Shown here one piece after another: positions 34,024 to 43,113 of a stretch of DNA of 64,000 bases; position 1 is the first letter of the stretch; each line of letters begins with the position of its first letter. Source of the stretch: an uncultured Sulfolobales archaeon. GTDB lineage: Archaea; Thermoproteota; Thermoprotei_A; Sulfolobales; NBVN01. The position numbers and the translations under genes were made by a program. The stretch spans positions 3,407 through 67,406 of the forward strand of contig CALKCU010000015.1 in assembly GCA_938083005.1 (NCBI GenBank), given 5' to 3'. The notes under the pieces were generated by a model. That model was not told the origin of the DNA. It was given only the letters and a program-made list of their open reading frames with translations, and made no database searches.

Positions 34024-34176
34024 CCTCTTAACCCTCGTTCCGCCGACGGCTTTCTCTCTTATATAGTTTAGAATGGCTGCCCGGATGAGCTCGGACCTCG
34101 ATATCCCCAACATCTCCGCGACCCTGTTCAGCTTCTCCACGGTCTCTTCATCGAGCTTGAAGGTCACCACTCGCAC
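34012..34176 (-). CDS. Ribbon-helix-helix (CopG-like) protein, 54 aa; below the ORF-track size cutoff
   Basis: Hand translation: VRVVTFKLDEETVEKLNRVAEMLGISRSELIRAAILNYIREKAVGGTRVKRVLL*. It shows the classic RHH beta strand plus SRSELIR helix. Confidence 0.6.
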   Translation of the reverse strand: MRVVTFKLDEETVEKLNRVAEMLGISRSELIRAAILNYIREKAVGGTRVKRVLL

Positions 34177-34221
34177 GGACCGCACCGAGGGATGGTCCCC
34201 AGCGGGATAGATGATCCTTCT

Positions 34222-34236
34222 GGTAACAGCGTTACC
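34222..34236. promoter_or_regulatory. Perfect palindrome GGTAAC-AGC-GTTACC upstream of the RHH gene
   Basis: Lies 46-60 nt upstream of GTG 34176. Its half-site GGTAA is shared with the GGTAATAC(C) sites downstream. Confidence 0.35.
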
Positions 34237-34432
34237 CGGGGGGAGAGCGCCGAAACTAACCCTCGCTCAGAGGGGCCGACCGCGAGAGTGCGAGCGCGGA
34301 CCCTCGGTGGAGGGGCGAGGCCTGGTCTCCTACGGAAGCCGTGTTGAGACCCGGGGCCTCGACGTTGGGGTCTGGGCCTCCGGTGCGCGGACTAGATAAA
34401 AAGCCGATAACCGGTAGCGTCTCGGATGAGGA

Positions 34433-34981
34433 GTGAGCCAGGGCCGAGCGCTCGGCGGGAGGTTGCTCGCCGCCGTCCTTCCGGCGGCTACGCTGCTGTT
34501 CCTCTTCAGCTATTGCTACCTCGGTGCCGCTGCGGGGAGCCCTCTCTTCAGGTTCCTGCTAGAGACTACCCTGGGTAACGTAGTTCTGGGACTGGCAGCG
34601 GCCTGCTACGCTTATCACATCGTCAAGGGCTACATATCGCCCACTCACGCGAGCGGGGAGCCGGGCCTCCTGGAGGAGCTCGACTCGGTCCTCCTCTCGC
34701 TCTCCATGGCGGTGGCCTTCTACCCGGTCTTCCGGTGCCTGCTCGGAGCCCCCGGGAACCGCCTTGCTCCCGCTCTACTGTCCCTCGCCGCCTCCGCGCC
34801 GATCGCGCTACTCACGGGGGGGAGAGGAGGCAGGCTCGTGAGGATCGCTGGCTACTCTAGCGCGGTTCTAGTAGCCTCGGCGGCGCTGAGCTCGGCCGAT
34901 AGGCTAGCGGAGTCCTTCGCCGAGCTGGCTAAGCTTATCTCGGACATCGAGATGCTAGCAAGAGAGCTGGGCGTGGCGTAG
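34433..34981 (+). CDS. Polytopic membrane protein (hypothetical)
   Basis: 182 aa with a GTG start and several hydrophobic segments. It is the first gene of a tightly packed + strand operon. A GATAAAAAG box lies at about 34396. Confidence 0.5.
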   Translation: MSQGRALGGRLLAAVLPAATLLFLFSYCYLGAAAGSPLFRFLLETTLGNVVLGLAAACYAYHIVKGYISPTHASGEPGLLEELDSVLLSLSMAVAFYPVFRCLLGAPGNRLAPALLSLAASAPIALLTGGRGGRLVRIAGYSSAVLVASAALSSADRLAESFAELAKLISDIEMLARELGVA

Positions 34982-34983
34982 CG

Positions 34984-35181
34984 TTGAGCACCGTTAGGAC
35001 CCTGACCGTAGTCGTGATCTCTTCATCGATATTCCTCCTAGCCCTCTCGGTGGTTCTGATGCTGCGCGCTCTGGTCGCAGCCTCCATCGTAGCCCTGACC
35101 TCCGGGCTGGCCCTGCTCTCGGCCGGCGTGCGGCTGGCGGGCCTCCTCACTGGGGAGGAGAAGTGCGGAAAGTCGGCCTAG
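34984..35181 (+). CDS. Small two-TM membrane protein (hypothetical)
   Basis: 65 aa, almost entirely hydrophobic. It starts 2 nt after the previous stop and overlaps the next gene by 19 nt. Confidence 0.4.
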   Translation: MSTVRTLTVVVISSSIFLLALSVVLMLRALVAASIVALTSGLALLSAGVRLAGLLTGEEKCGKSA

Positions 35182-36452
35182 CCCTGCTCCTGCTGCTTAA
35201 AGCCTCAGCGCTCGCCGCCCTGCTGCTTACCATAGCCGCGGTAGCGGTGCTGGAATACGCCGACCTGCCGACACCGTACCCGACAGGCTCATCGCCCATA
35301 AACCCGGGGCACTTCGGGACGTCCATGCTGGTGGAGATGCTCGAGGGTTACGGACTCCGAGTGGGCTACGTATCGGACTGGAGCTACGTGCGCACCGAGG
35401 GGGAGAGGGTCGCTGTTCTAATAGTCTCGCCCGAGCTCGGCTACGACCACGGCGAAGCCAGCATCATAGCGAGGCTACTGACGAGCTCCGGCGGGGTCCT
35501 CGTGGTAGCGGACGAGACCACCGCGTCGAACGCTGTGCTCGAGCTCCTCGGAGCTCGAGCGAGAGTCCTAGGTAACAGGCTCTTGGACGAGCGCTACGAC
35601 CTCTACCCGAGGTCCACCTTCCACCTCGGAGCTCTGGAGATCGTCCTGAGGCTAGACAAGGCGTCGGAGGTCGGCAACTGCGAGACCGTCATCGGGTTCG
35701 CCGAGTCCTACGAGTACCCGTCTACCGAGCCTGAGTTAAAGCCCGTCGGCTGCGTTGAGAGCCTGGACAGCGTGACGGTCCTGGTGCTCGGTGACGGATC
35801 GCCGCTGACGAACCAGGCGCAGCAGCTGGGCGGGGCCTACAGGGAGCTAGCGAAGTTTGTGGCGCTCGCGATAAGGGAGAAGTGCGGGAGGGAGTGCAGG
35901 GTCTTCATGGAGGCGGGGAAGTACGCGTCCGGTGAGAGCTTCTTCTCTAGCATCCACGGGGAGCGCGCGTCGTTCCTAGAGCTCCTGAACGGCGTGTCCT
36001 ACTACCTAAAGTCGTTGGAGAGCGCCCTCGCCACCGATCCTTTGGAGGGAGTCAGGGGCGAGGCGGTGGCGCTACTCGTCTTGGTGATCGTGGTGACCGC
36101 CTCCGCGAGGTTGAGCGGGGAGAGAGCTCCAGCCGAGCCTCTCAAGAGCCTCACGTGGAGAGGTAGGGAGGACTTCAGCAAGGTGTTTGAAGCCTTGACC
36201 GAGCTACTGTCCCTGATCGGGTGCGAGACCGTCCCGAGCGACGAGCTGGTCAGGTGCCTGGAGAGAGCGGGCTATAGCCGCGAGTTCTCAGCTAAGCTCT
36301 CGAGGTTCGTGAGGTTCTCGACGTTCGCTCTCGGCCGCAAGACTCTTTCGTACATGCCTATATGGCGCCTCATGATCCGCAGAGCGCTGAGGTACGCGGA
36401 GGAGATGCTCGAGCTCTCCGAGGCCAAGCTCCTAGGGGAGGAGAGTGCGTAG
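35163..36452 (+). CDS. DUF4350-like membrane-anchored protein
   Basis: 429 aa. It has an N-terminal TM segment, then ...NPGHFGTSMLVEMLEGYGLRV...VLIVSPELGY...GGVLVVADE, and a second TM segment near residue 300. This layout is typical of DUF4350 partners of DUF58/MoxR. Confidence 0.55.
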   Translation: MRKVGLALLLLLKASALAALLLTIAAVAVLEYADLPTPYPTGSSPINPGHFGTSMLVEMLEGYGLRVGYVSDWSYVRTEGERVAVLIVSPELGYDHGEASIIARLLTSSGGVLVVADETTASNAVLELLGARARVLGNRLLDERYDLYPRSTFHLGALEIVLRLDKASEVGNCETVIGFAESYEYPSTEPELKPVGCVESLDSVTVLVLGDGSPLTNQAQQLGGAYRELAKFVALAIREKCGRECRVFMEAGKYASGESFFSSIHGERASFLELLNGVSYYLKSLESALATDPLEGVRGEAVALLVLVIVVTASARLSGERAPAEPLKSLTWRGREDFSKVFEALTELLSLIGCETVPSDELVRCLERAGYSREFSAKLSRFVRFSTFALGRKTLSYMPIWRLMIRRALRYAEEMLELSEAKLLGEESA

Positions 36453-37779
36453 GTACGGTCGAGCCTCCGGGACGCGTAGGTACCCCGCTCTCACCGCTGC
36501 TGTGATCGCGGTATCCGTGGCGCTAGCCCTCCTGGACGCCACACCGGTATCCCTGCTCATCGCCGCCTACTTTCTGGTATACTCCGCGGTCAGCTACTCC
36601 TACCTGCGGTGTGCGAGCAGGGGCATTGCGTGCCGAGCAGAGAGGGTGGAGCTTGAACCGCGGGAAGCCGACGCCGTTCTCCGCGCGCAACTGGCCATCA
36701 CACCCGGAGCGAGGTTCGCCAGCCCGAGGCTGTACATCGAAATGCCTCCCCAACTCTCGCGCGTCGGTGTACGCGCCGCGACGGTCTTGAAGCTCGAGCC
36801 GGGGGCTGGTCGAGCTAGGGTCGAGACCCGGCTGCCCAGGCGTACCGGGCTCCACGTTATAGGTCCCCTAATCCTAGCGCTGGCGGATCCGCTCGGGATT
36901 TTTGAGGTGCCCGTCTGCGAGCTGAGCCCTGTAGTAGTCAAGATACCGCCGAAAGCCGGTTTGGCCCCACTAGCTAGGTGGTACGGCATCGTGCGCTCGT
37001 CCTCCGGTGCCAGGACTCTCAGTCCGGGGCTTGGCGTGGAGTACCACAGCACGAGAGAGTACCGCCCGGAGGACGAGCTCCGCCACATCGACTGGAAAGC
37101 TACGGCTAGGCTCGGGAAACTCCACGTAAAGGTATTCGAGATGGAGACCCCCCTGAGAGTGCTCCTCGCGCTCGACGCTCAGAGTCACATGTTCATCGGT
37201 AGCCCCAGGTCTCTCTTCGAGTACTGCGCCGACCTAGTAGCAGCGCTAGCCAGCTACCTCCTCAAGCGCGGGGACAGGTTGGTGCTCTCGGTCATCACGG
37301 AGGACGGTGTAAGGCATACCAGTGAGGTCAGGGGCCATAGGGGGCTTGTAGAGGTACTCGACGTGCTCTCCAGCGTCGAGTGGCCGGCGCGCCCCCCGGT
37401 CCTGAGAGCGAAAACCCCTCCGTGGAGCGGGAGCCTGAGAGCTCTCGGTGAGTCTCTCGCGGACTTCTCAGCGGTCGTGCTCTTCTCCCCAGTCCTGGAC
37501 GAGCGGAGGGCGCTCGAGATATCGGACCTGGCCAGGAGAGCGCGGGAGAGCGGAGTCGAGTTCATAGTGGTCGCCCCGTTGGTGACCTTCTTCAGCACGG
37601 CGAGCAGAGTGGACGACGCCGTGTACAAGGTCCTCCGCTTCAACATGGTGAGCAGGGAGATCAAGAATGTAAGACTACTGGAGGGGTCTGGAGTGCGAGT
37701 GATCAGACTATCTCCGCACAGGGCCTTGGAGAGAGTGGTCGCAGATCTCGAGAGGACCCGGATAACCAAGGCTCGGTGA
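36445..37779 (+). CDS. DUF58 domain protein (vWA-like, MoxR-associated family)
   Basis: 444 aa with two N-terminal TM segments. It has the hallmark HIDWKATARLGKLHVKVFE and then a vWA-like region (VLLALDAQSHM). Confidence 0.8.
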   Translation: MRRYGRASGTRRYPALTAAVIAVSVALALLDATPVSLLIAAYFLVYSAVSYSYLRCASRGIACRAERVELEPREADAVLRAQLAITPGARFASPRLYIEMPPQLSRVGVRAATVLKLEPGAGRARVETRLPRRTGLHVIGPLILALADPLGIFEVPVCELSPVVVKIPPKAGLAPLARWYGIVRSSSGARTLSPGLGVEYHSTREYRPEDELRHIDWKATARLGKLHVKVFEMETPLRVLLALDAQSHMFIGSPRSLFEYCADLVAALASYLLKRGDRLVLSVITEDGVRHTSEVRGHRGLVEVLDVLSSVEWPARPPVLRAKTPPWSGSLRALGESLADFSAVVLFSPVLDERRALEISDLARRARESGVEFIVVAPLVTFFSTASRVDDAVYKVLRFNMVSREIKNVRLLEGSGVRVIRLSPHRALERVVADLERTRITKAR

Positions 37780-38058
37780 CCGTTCTAGCCTGTCTACGCG
37801 TGACGCTGGATCCTCCTCCCGTCCCGCCGGGAGCTTTTGGAGTGTGAGCGAGAACCCCCGCCCACCTCCTGCTGCGCGCTCTCGCTCGGGCTTCTCGCCC
37901 TACGTACCGAGCACACCGGCCCCGGCGATCGCTCGCGGGAGGTCGTCAAGCTCTACGCTGGGAGGAGATAGCCCTACGATCCCCACTCCCACGGCCGACC
38001 TCGCTATGAGCCTTGCGGCGGAGTTCGGCTGGGGCGCTAAAGCCTCCCGGAGACAGAG

Positions 38059-38064
38059 TTTTAA
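38059..38064 (+). promoter_or_regulatory. Box-A (TTTTAA) for tRNA-Cys
   Basis: Lies 26-31 nt upstream of the tRNA 5' end. Confidence 0.5.
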
Positions 38065-38089
38065 GCCTCGAAGCGCTTCCTGTTGCGGA

Positions 38090-38177
38090 GCCGGGGTGGC
38101 CGAGCGGTCTAAGGCGGCGGGCTGCAGTGGGGTGGAAACCCGCTCTCTCGCGGGTTCGAATCCCGCCCCCGGCTCCA
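38090..38177 (+). tRNA. tRNA-Cys (anticodon GCA) with a very short intron; CCA encoded
   Basis: Hand fold: acceptor GCCGGGG/CCCCGGC; discriminator T, the U73 Cys identity element; anticodon stem GCGGG/CCCGC; loop CT-GCA-G, with the anticodon at 38124-38126. About 10-11 extra nt (38128-38137) follow position 37. The T arm is GCGGG-TTCGAAT-CCCGC. Confidence 0.8.
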
Positions 38178-38283
38178 CTAGAGCGGGCTGCTAACGGAGG
38201 GGGTCTCGCCACTCCGCAGCCTCGCCCAACGAGAGGGGCGTCTCCTGGCCTACGGATTCCGTCCAGGGCGACATGGTGAGAGA

Positions 38284-40410
38284 CTACTCGTGGAGCGACA
38301 TGTAGCAGCCAGCTCTACGCTCGTAGATATCTCCAGACCTCTTCAGATCCTCCAGTATTCTCTCCAGCGTCCTACGGTCTATGTCGAGGGATTCCGCTAC
38401 CCTCTCGAGATCCCTATGCTTTGCGCACTCCCCCCTCCTGGTGCTCTCCCTTATGTGCTCGAGTATCGCTATCTCCTTGTCCCTGAAGCTCTTCGGCTTT
38501 CCGGACATCAGTATGTCTATGTCCATCATCCCGGTCTCCACGTCCATCCCGACCTTCTCTAGCACCGCGTTCATCAGCCTCACGGCCTCTAGAGCGTCCT
38601 CGGGCTCGACCTCGTTCTTCAGCGCCATCCTCGCGTGGGCCTCCGAAAGTCTTATTAGGGCTTCAAGCTGCCTGGTCGTTATCGCTAGGGGTGCGTTGGG
38701 GTCCGAAGCGCTCCTCCTCCTGAGCTCGATGTAGTAGCTCTCGATGATCCTTCTAGCTTCCTCGGTCAGCTTAGGCTTCACGTACTTCCTCGCGTAGGCT
38801 ACATACTTCCTCAAGAGGTCCGGGGGTATCTCCGCTCTCGCCCCCTCTATGCCGTGAACCTCTAGCACGTGCCTGACTATGTGTCTATCCCTCTCTACAT
38901 CGGCCACGTCCTTGATCACAAATATGAGGTCGAACCTGGATAGTATGGTTACCGGGAGGTTTATGTTCCCCGAGAGTCCGAGGCTATCAACGTACCTCCC
39001 CCGCTTAGGGTTCCCGGCGGCGAGGACTGAAGCTCTGGCGCTAAGCCTCGCGTGAATGCCCGCTTTGGATATGGTCACCGTCCCCTGCTCCATGGCCTCG
39101 TGGATAGCGACTCTATCATCCTCCCTCATCTTATCAATCTCATCTATGGACACGATGCCCCCGTCTGCCAACACCATGGCTCCGGCCTCCAGGAAGAACT
39201 CTCCGGTCTGCTTATCCCTGATGACGGCTGCCGTTAGACCGGCGGCGGAGGAGCCCTTGCCCGTGGTGTAGAGGCCCCTGGGCGCTATCCTAGATGCGTA
39301 CTGAAGGAGCTGGCTCTTGGCGGTGCCCGGATCTCCTATTATGAGGACGTGGATCTCTCCCCTTATCCTCGTCCCGTCGGGTAGGGTCTTGGGAACGCCC
39401 CCGAAGAGGAGGAGAGCAATGGCCTCTTTGAGGTCCCAGTATCCGTAGATGGCCGGGGCTATGCTGGCTATGATCTTCCTCCTTACCATGGGGTCTCGCG
39501 AGAGCTCCCTGATCTTGGCCTCGTCCTCCGGGCTTACGCTCACCTCCTCGAGGAGCCTCTGAGCGGGTATCACGTTGTTCGCTTCGACGCAGAAGTCGTA
39601 CACCGGGGACAGCTTCCTGCCCTTCAGTCTCACTATCCCTATTAGAGTGACCCTGTCACCGGGCCTCGCGGTGTCCACTATGTCCTCCGTCAGCACCACG
39701 TCTATAGACCTGGGGAGCTGTCCGGGGGGTATGTCCTCGGGCCTCTCCTGCAGGGTCAGTAGCTGCCAGTCGACGAAGCTCGACTTCTCCAGGACCAGCC
39801 TGAAGGAGCCCCTCCGGGGGAAGCCGCTCTTCTCACTGCTCTCCTCGGGAGTCTCGCTCTCAGCTAAGCACTTGGGGCAGTACGCTGGCCTCTCCACCTC
39901 CTCGAGTTCTCTATCGTCTGGAGGCCAGCTGAACTCGTGCTGAGCACCGTCGGGTAGCACGTGGACGTATGTCGCTCTTACGATCTTCTCCCTCGGCGGC
40001 GTAGACCTCACCACGACTCCCTCGAGCATGACCAGTCTGTTCAGTAGGTCGCTCCGTATCTCCCTCATCGGCGTCGGCTTGACCCAACCCGTCAGCCTGC
40101 TGTAGAATCTCCGCACCTTCTCAGCGTACTCCCGGTTCATGCCCTCCACGACGGCCTTGATCGCTCTGGATAGAGCCTCCAGGGCGACCTGAGGTTCTCT
40201 GTCCAGGGCTAGGACAAGCCTCTCGTCGTACCTGACTAGGTCCTCGTAGTCCACCGGTATAGACTTCCTCTCGTAGTGAACCATTTCCTTGATCCGCTTA
40301 ACGTACTTCCTCTCTCCGTACTCGTCGACGTAGTTCTGGAGAAAGTCCTGGAACTCTGTTACGTAGTCTACCTCCATCCCGGCGCTGTCCAGGGGCTGGC
40401 TATTCGGCAT
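38284..40410 (-). CDS. mcm: MCM replicative helicase
   Basis: 708 aa. It has a zinc motif CPKC, Walker A GDPGTAKSQ, Walker B SIDEIDKM, an arginine finger SRFDL, and a C-terminal wHTH domain. Confidence 0.95.
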   Translation of the reverse strand: MPNSQPLDSAGMEVDYVTEFQDFLQNYVDEYGERKYVKRIKEMVHYERKSIPVDYEDLVRYDERLVLALDREPQVALEALSRAIKAVVEGMNREYAEKVRRFYSRLTGWVKPTPMREIRSDLLNRLVMLEGVVVRSTPPREKIVRATYVHVLPDGAQHEFSWPPDDRELEEVERPAYCPKCLAESETPEESSEKSGFPRRGSFRLVLEKSSFVDWQLLTLQERPEDIPPGQLPRSIDVVLTEDIVDTARPGDRVTLIGIVRLKGRKLSPVYDFCVEANNVIPAQRLLEEVSVSPEDEAKIRELSRDPMVRRKIIASIAPAIYGYWDLKEAIALLLFGGVPKTLPDGTRIRGEIHVLIIGDPGTAKSQLLQYASRIAPRGLYTTGKGSSAAGLTAAVIRDKQTGEFFLEAGAMVLADGGIVSIDEIDKMREDDRVAIHEAMEQGTVTISKAGIHARLSARASVLAAGNPKRGRYVDSLGLSGNINLPVTILSRFDLIFVIKDVADVERDRHIVRHVLEVHGIEGARAEIPPDLLRKYVAYARKYVKPKLTEEARRIIESYYIELRRRSASDPNAPLAITTRQLEALIRLSEAHARMALKNEVEPEDALEAVRLMNAVLEKVGMDVETGMMDIDILMSGKPKSFRDKEIAILEHIRESTRRGECAKHRDLERVAESLDIDRRTLERILEDLKRSGDIYERRAGCYMSLHE

Positions 40411-41017
40411 ACCTCAACACCGAGTCCCTCCACGATCTGATAACCCTTCTCAGCAGAGTGTACAGCACCATCTCCTCCAGTACGTTGCTTACCTCGCTTA
40501 CGTGTCTAGCCTCCAGGTACAGCGCCGCGCTCATCAGCTTACCCAGCCTCAGGTCAAGCATGTTGCTCAATACCCTCTTAAGCCTCTCCGCGGCAGAGAG
40601 GCTATCCGGGGTCTTCTCCTCGCCGAGCTTACGTATCGTCATCCCGGCGGAGAGGTATAGGTCCTCTCTCACATCTACCAGCTTTCCTCCCTTGGACGTC
40701 CTCTCCATGTGATAGTACCTAAACAGGTCGACGTCCCTCAGGGTTACGTCGCGGAGCTCTACGTAGCCGCCCCTACGCAACTCCAGAGCCAGCCACAGCG
40801 GTAGGCTGACCTCGTCACCCTTCCTAACGTTGATAGCCTCTCTTCCAACCATCACGACGCCAAGGTCTCGGAGGGCTATGGTCCTTACGCTACTCAGAAG
40901 CCTACGAACCCTGGTGAGAGCCATGTAAGCCTCGGGAGACGCTAGCATCTGGCTTCCACCCAAACTGAGGCTCATCTTTGGAAACGTATTAGCCTGAAGG
41001 TTAATAGGGTTCCTCAC
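40400..41017 (-). CDS. GINS23-like DNA replication complex subunit (tentative)
   Basis: 205 aa that overlaps the mcm start by 11 nt. A beta-rich segment (VSLPLWLALELRRGGYVEL) is followed by a helical domain (LDLRLGKLMSAAL), as in archaeal Gins23. The gins23-mcm linkage is known in Sulfolobus. Confidence 0.55.
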   Translation of the reverse strand: MRNPINLQANTFPKMSLSLGGSQMLASPEAYMALTRVRRLLSSVRTIALRDLGVVMVGREAINVRKGDEVSLPLWLALELRRGGYVELRDVTLRDVDLFRYYHMERTSKGGKLVDVREDLYLSAGMTIRKLGEEKTPDSLSAAERLKRVLSNMLDLRLGKLMSAALYLEARHVSEVSNVLEEMVLYTLLRRVIRSWRDSVLRYAE

Positions 41018-41712
41018 ATGTAAGCTGCGAAGACCATGGCGTGGTCCTTGTCGTAGGGATCCAGGTGGACTACGTCCAAGATCTTAAAGTTGTTCGCCTC
41101 GAGAGTCCCTATCTCCCTTACGTATATCTCGTCAGGCTCCTTGGTGACATCGATGCTCCTGGCCTTGATAGCTAGGTAGAGGTGGCCCCCACTCTTGAGG
41201 AAGAGCCTGGCGTTGGCCGCGACGATGCTAGCCTGTTCCGGCTGGGCTATGTCGGCGTAGAGGACGTCGACTCGCGGTACTATCAGGGAGTACCTCTCGG
41301 GGAACCTAGCGTCAGCCAGTATGGGCACTATGTTCTTCCTGTAGTCGGCCACCGTGACGAGCTCTCTCATGACCCTGGGCGCGAACTCGACTGCGTAGAT
41401 TCTCCCCCTGTGCTCAACTATGTCGGATATGTGGCTCGCGGTAGTCCCGCTGCCAGCGCCCAGGTAGAGCACCTTGCTTCCCGTAGATATCGCTAGCTCC
41501 TTTATCCCCTTGTAGAGAGCTGCTGCCAGCTTGCTCCTTATATGGTTCCACTCCCTGTACTCGACATTCCCGTAGTTGAAGAGCCACTCGCCGTAAACCC
41601 TCCGACCCGGAGTCAGGTTCTTGGTAGCCAGCCTGACGGACCCGTCCTCCAGCTCCACTATGTACACTCCCCTGTAACTCGAGTGCTCCTTTACCGACAC
41701 TACCTCTACCAC
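41014..41712 (-). CDS. flpA: Fibrillarin (rRNA/tRNA 2'-O-methyltransferase)
   Basis: 232 aa. Motifs are VLYLGAGSGTTASHISDIV and DVLYADIAQP. Confidence 0.95.
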   Translation of the reverse strand: MVEVVSVKEHSSYRGVYIVELEDGSVRLATKNLTPGRRVYGEWLFNYGNVEYREWNHIRSKLAAALYKGIKELAISTGSKVLYLGAGSGTTASHISDIVEHRGRIYAVEFAPRVMRELVTVADYRKNIVPILADARFPERYSLIVPRVDVLYADIAQPEQASIVAANARLFLKSGGHLYLAIKARSIDVTKEPDEIYVREIGTLEANNFKILDVVHLDPYDKDHAMVFAAYM

Positions 41713-41764
41713 GGACCCACCTCTTTGGGTTGGCTTGGAAAGCTTATAATCTGTTCTCGTTCAC

Positions 41765-42964
41765 TCACTTCTTCGAGCGCTTCCTCGTGGGTTTAGGAGG
41801 CCTCTGCGCTGGAGCCTTGGGAGGCTTTGCGTAGAGGGCCTTGACCTCCTCTATCCTGTCCTCGAGCAGCTTCCTGAGCCTCTCAGCGATGATGCGACCC
41901 GTGTAGAAGTCCGCCCTAGCGGCTATCGCGAGCTTCGTGGCCAGCGCCCTGGCTATCTTACCCCTCTGCCACCTGGGCGACTTGTGTATCTCCGGGTACT
42001 GGAAGATGACGCCGTGCTTGGGCGGCCTGCCCCCGGTCCTGAGGGCCCTGAAGAGGGCCTTCTCGGCTCCGAGCACCTGTATCGTGCTGGCCGGCAGCTT
42101 CGCCAGGTCCTCGAGGCTCCCAGCGAGACTCAAGAGGCGGGCTCCAAGTAGCGGGCCCACCAGCTCGGTTACGTTGGGGGCTACCTCCTTCATCACCTGC
42201 TCTAGGTAGTCCGTGAGGTCCCCCCTTATCTCGTAGAGCCTCAGGATCAGCTCGGCAAACGATTTCACCTTGTCCATGTCTAGCTCGGGCAGATCGGCGC
42301 CTATGCTCTCCCTAGCAGCCTTTGCTATCCTCTCCGCTCTGGCCTCCTTGATTCCGTGCTTAACCAGTCTCGCTGTAGCGAACTGCTGCCTAAGCCCCAG
42401 GGCCGATACCAGCCTCGCGTACTCCTCGTGCTCCTTCACCAGGTCGTCCAGCTCCGGGAAGTGTATGCTGTACCACTCCCTTAGCCTCGACGCGAAGAGG
42501 TTTATCGTCTTATCTACGTCGTCTATGGCTCTGATAGCCTGTATGGCTACGAGGTCCCTCTTTAAAGCCTCGCGCCTCAGCTTGGATCTCGTGGCTCCCA
42601 TGGCTATCTCGTGGACTAGCTCCACGAACTCCTCCTCGCTCTTGACCAGACCCTCCTTGACAGCTATACCTGGGAGCATCTCCCTCAGCCTGGCGAGCAT
42701 CTCCTCCCTAGGATCCACCACGTGGCTCAGGTTCCTCCGAGCTAGGAATGAGGCCTCGAGGTCCGAGGGAACGACAAAGACCACGTCAGGGCTGGCGATC
42801 CTACCGACTAGCTCCACGAACTCCTGGCTCACCTCCCCATCCTCTATCCTGAGAGCTCTCTCGATAATGTACCCGAGGTCCCTCGGCACTACGCTGTACT
42901 CCACCGAGCCGTCCTCTCTCATAGCCAGTGCCCCTATCACGGTCTCCATTAACGCTATTTTCAT
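41765..42964 (-). CDS. nop5: Nop5 (Nop56/58) C/D box RNP core protein
   Basis: 399 aa. It has a coiled-coil middle, a NOP domain (AEKALFRALRTGGRPPKHGVIFQ) and a lysine-rich tail. Confidence 0.9.
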   Translation of the reverse strand: MKIALMETVIGALAMREDGSVEYSVVPRDLGYIIERALRIEDGEVSQEFVELVGRIASPDVVFVVPSDLEASFLARRNLSHVVDPREEMLARLREMLPGIAVKEGLVKSEEEFVELVHEIAMGATRSKLRREALKRDLVAIQAIRAIDDVDKTINLFASRLREWYSIHFPELDDLVKEHEEYARLVSALGLRQQFATARLVKHGIKEARAERIAKAARESIGADLPELDMDKVKSFAELILRLYEIRGDLTDYLEQVMKEVAPNVTELVGPLLGARLLSLAGSLEDLAKLPASTIQVLGAEKALFRALRTGGRPPKHGVIFQYPEIHKSPRWQRGKIARALATKLAIAARADFYTGRIIAERLRKLLEDRIEEVKALYAKPPKAPAQRPPKPTRKRSKK

Positions 42965-43113
42965 GTAGGCCCTCCCTCGATAGTAGTAACTTTGCCCATA
43001 ATATAAGTGCTAGGCGAACGGCGTACCGGTAGCTGCCGACCCGCTTAGCGGAGGCGACACCGCGGGGAGTTACGCGGATAAATTATCCGGGAGGAGTCTA
43101 GCTCGGGCACTCG

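Noticed and set aside
37844-38279. Several 88-116-aa ORFs on both strands around 38.0-38.2 kb
   Set aside because: They overlap tRNA-Cys and its upstream spacer. The translations are low-complexity Ala/Arg/Pro/Ser sequence.
42270-42968. 232-aa ORF antisense to nop5
   Set aside because: The translation is Ser/Leu-rich with no motifs. It is fully covered by the strongly supported Nop5 gene on the other strand.
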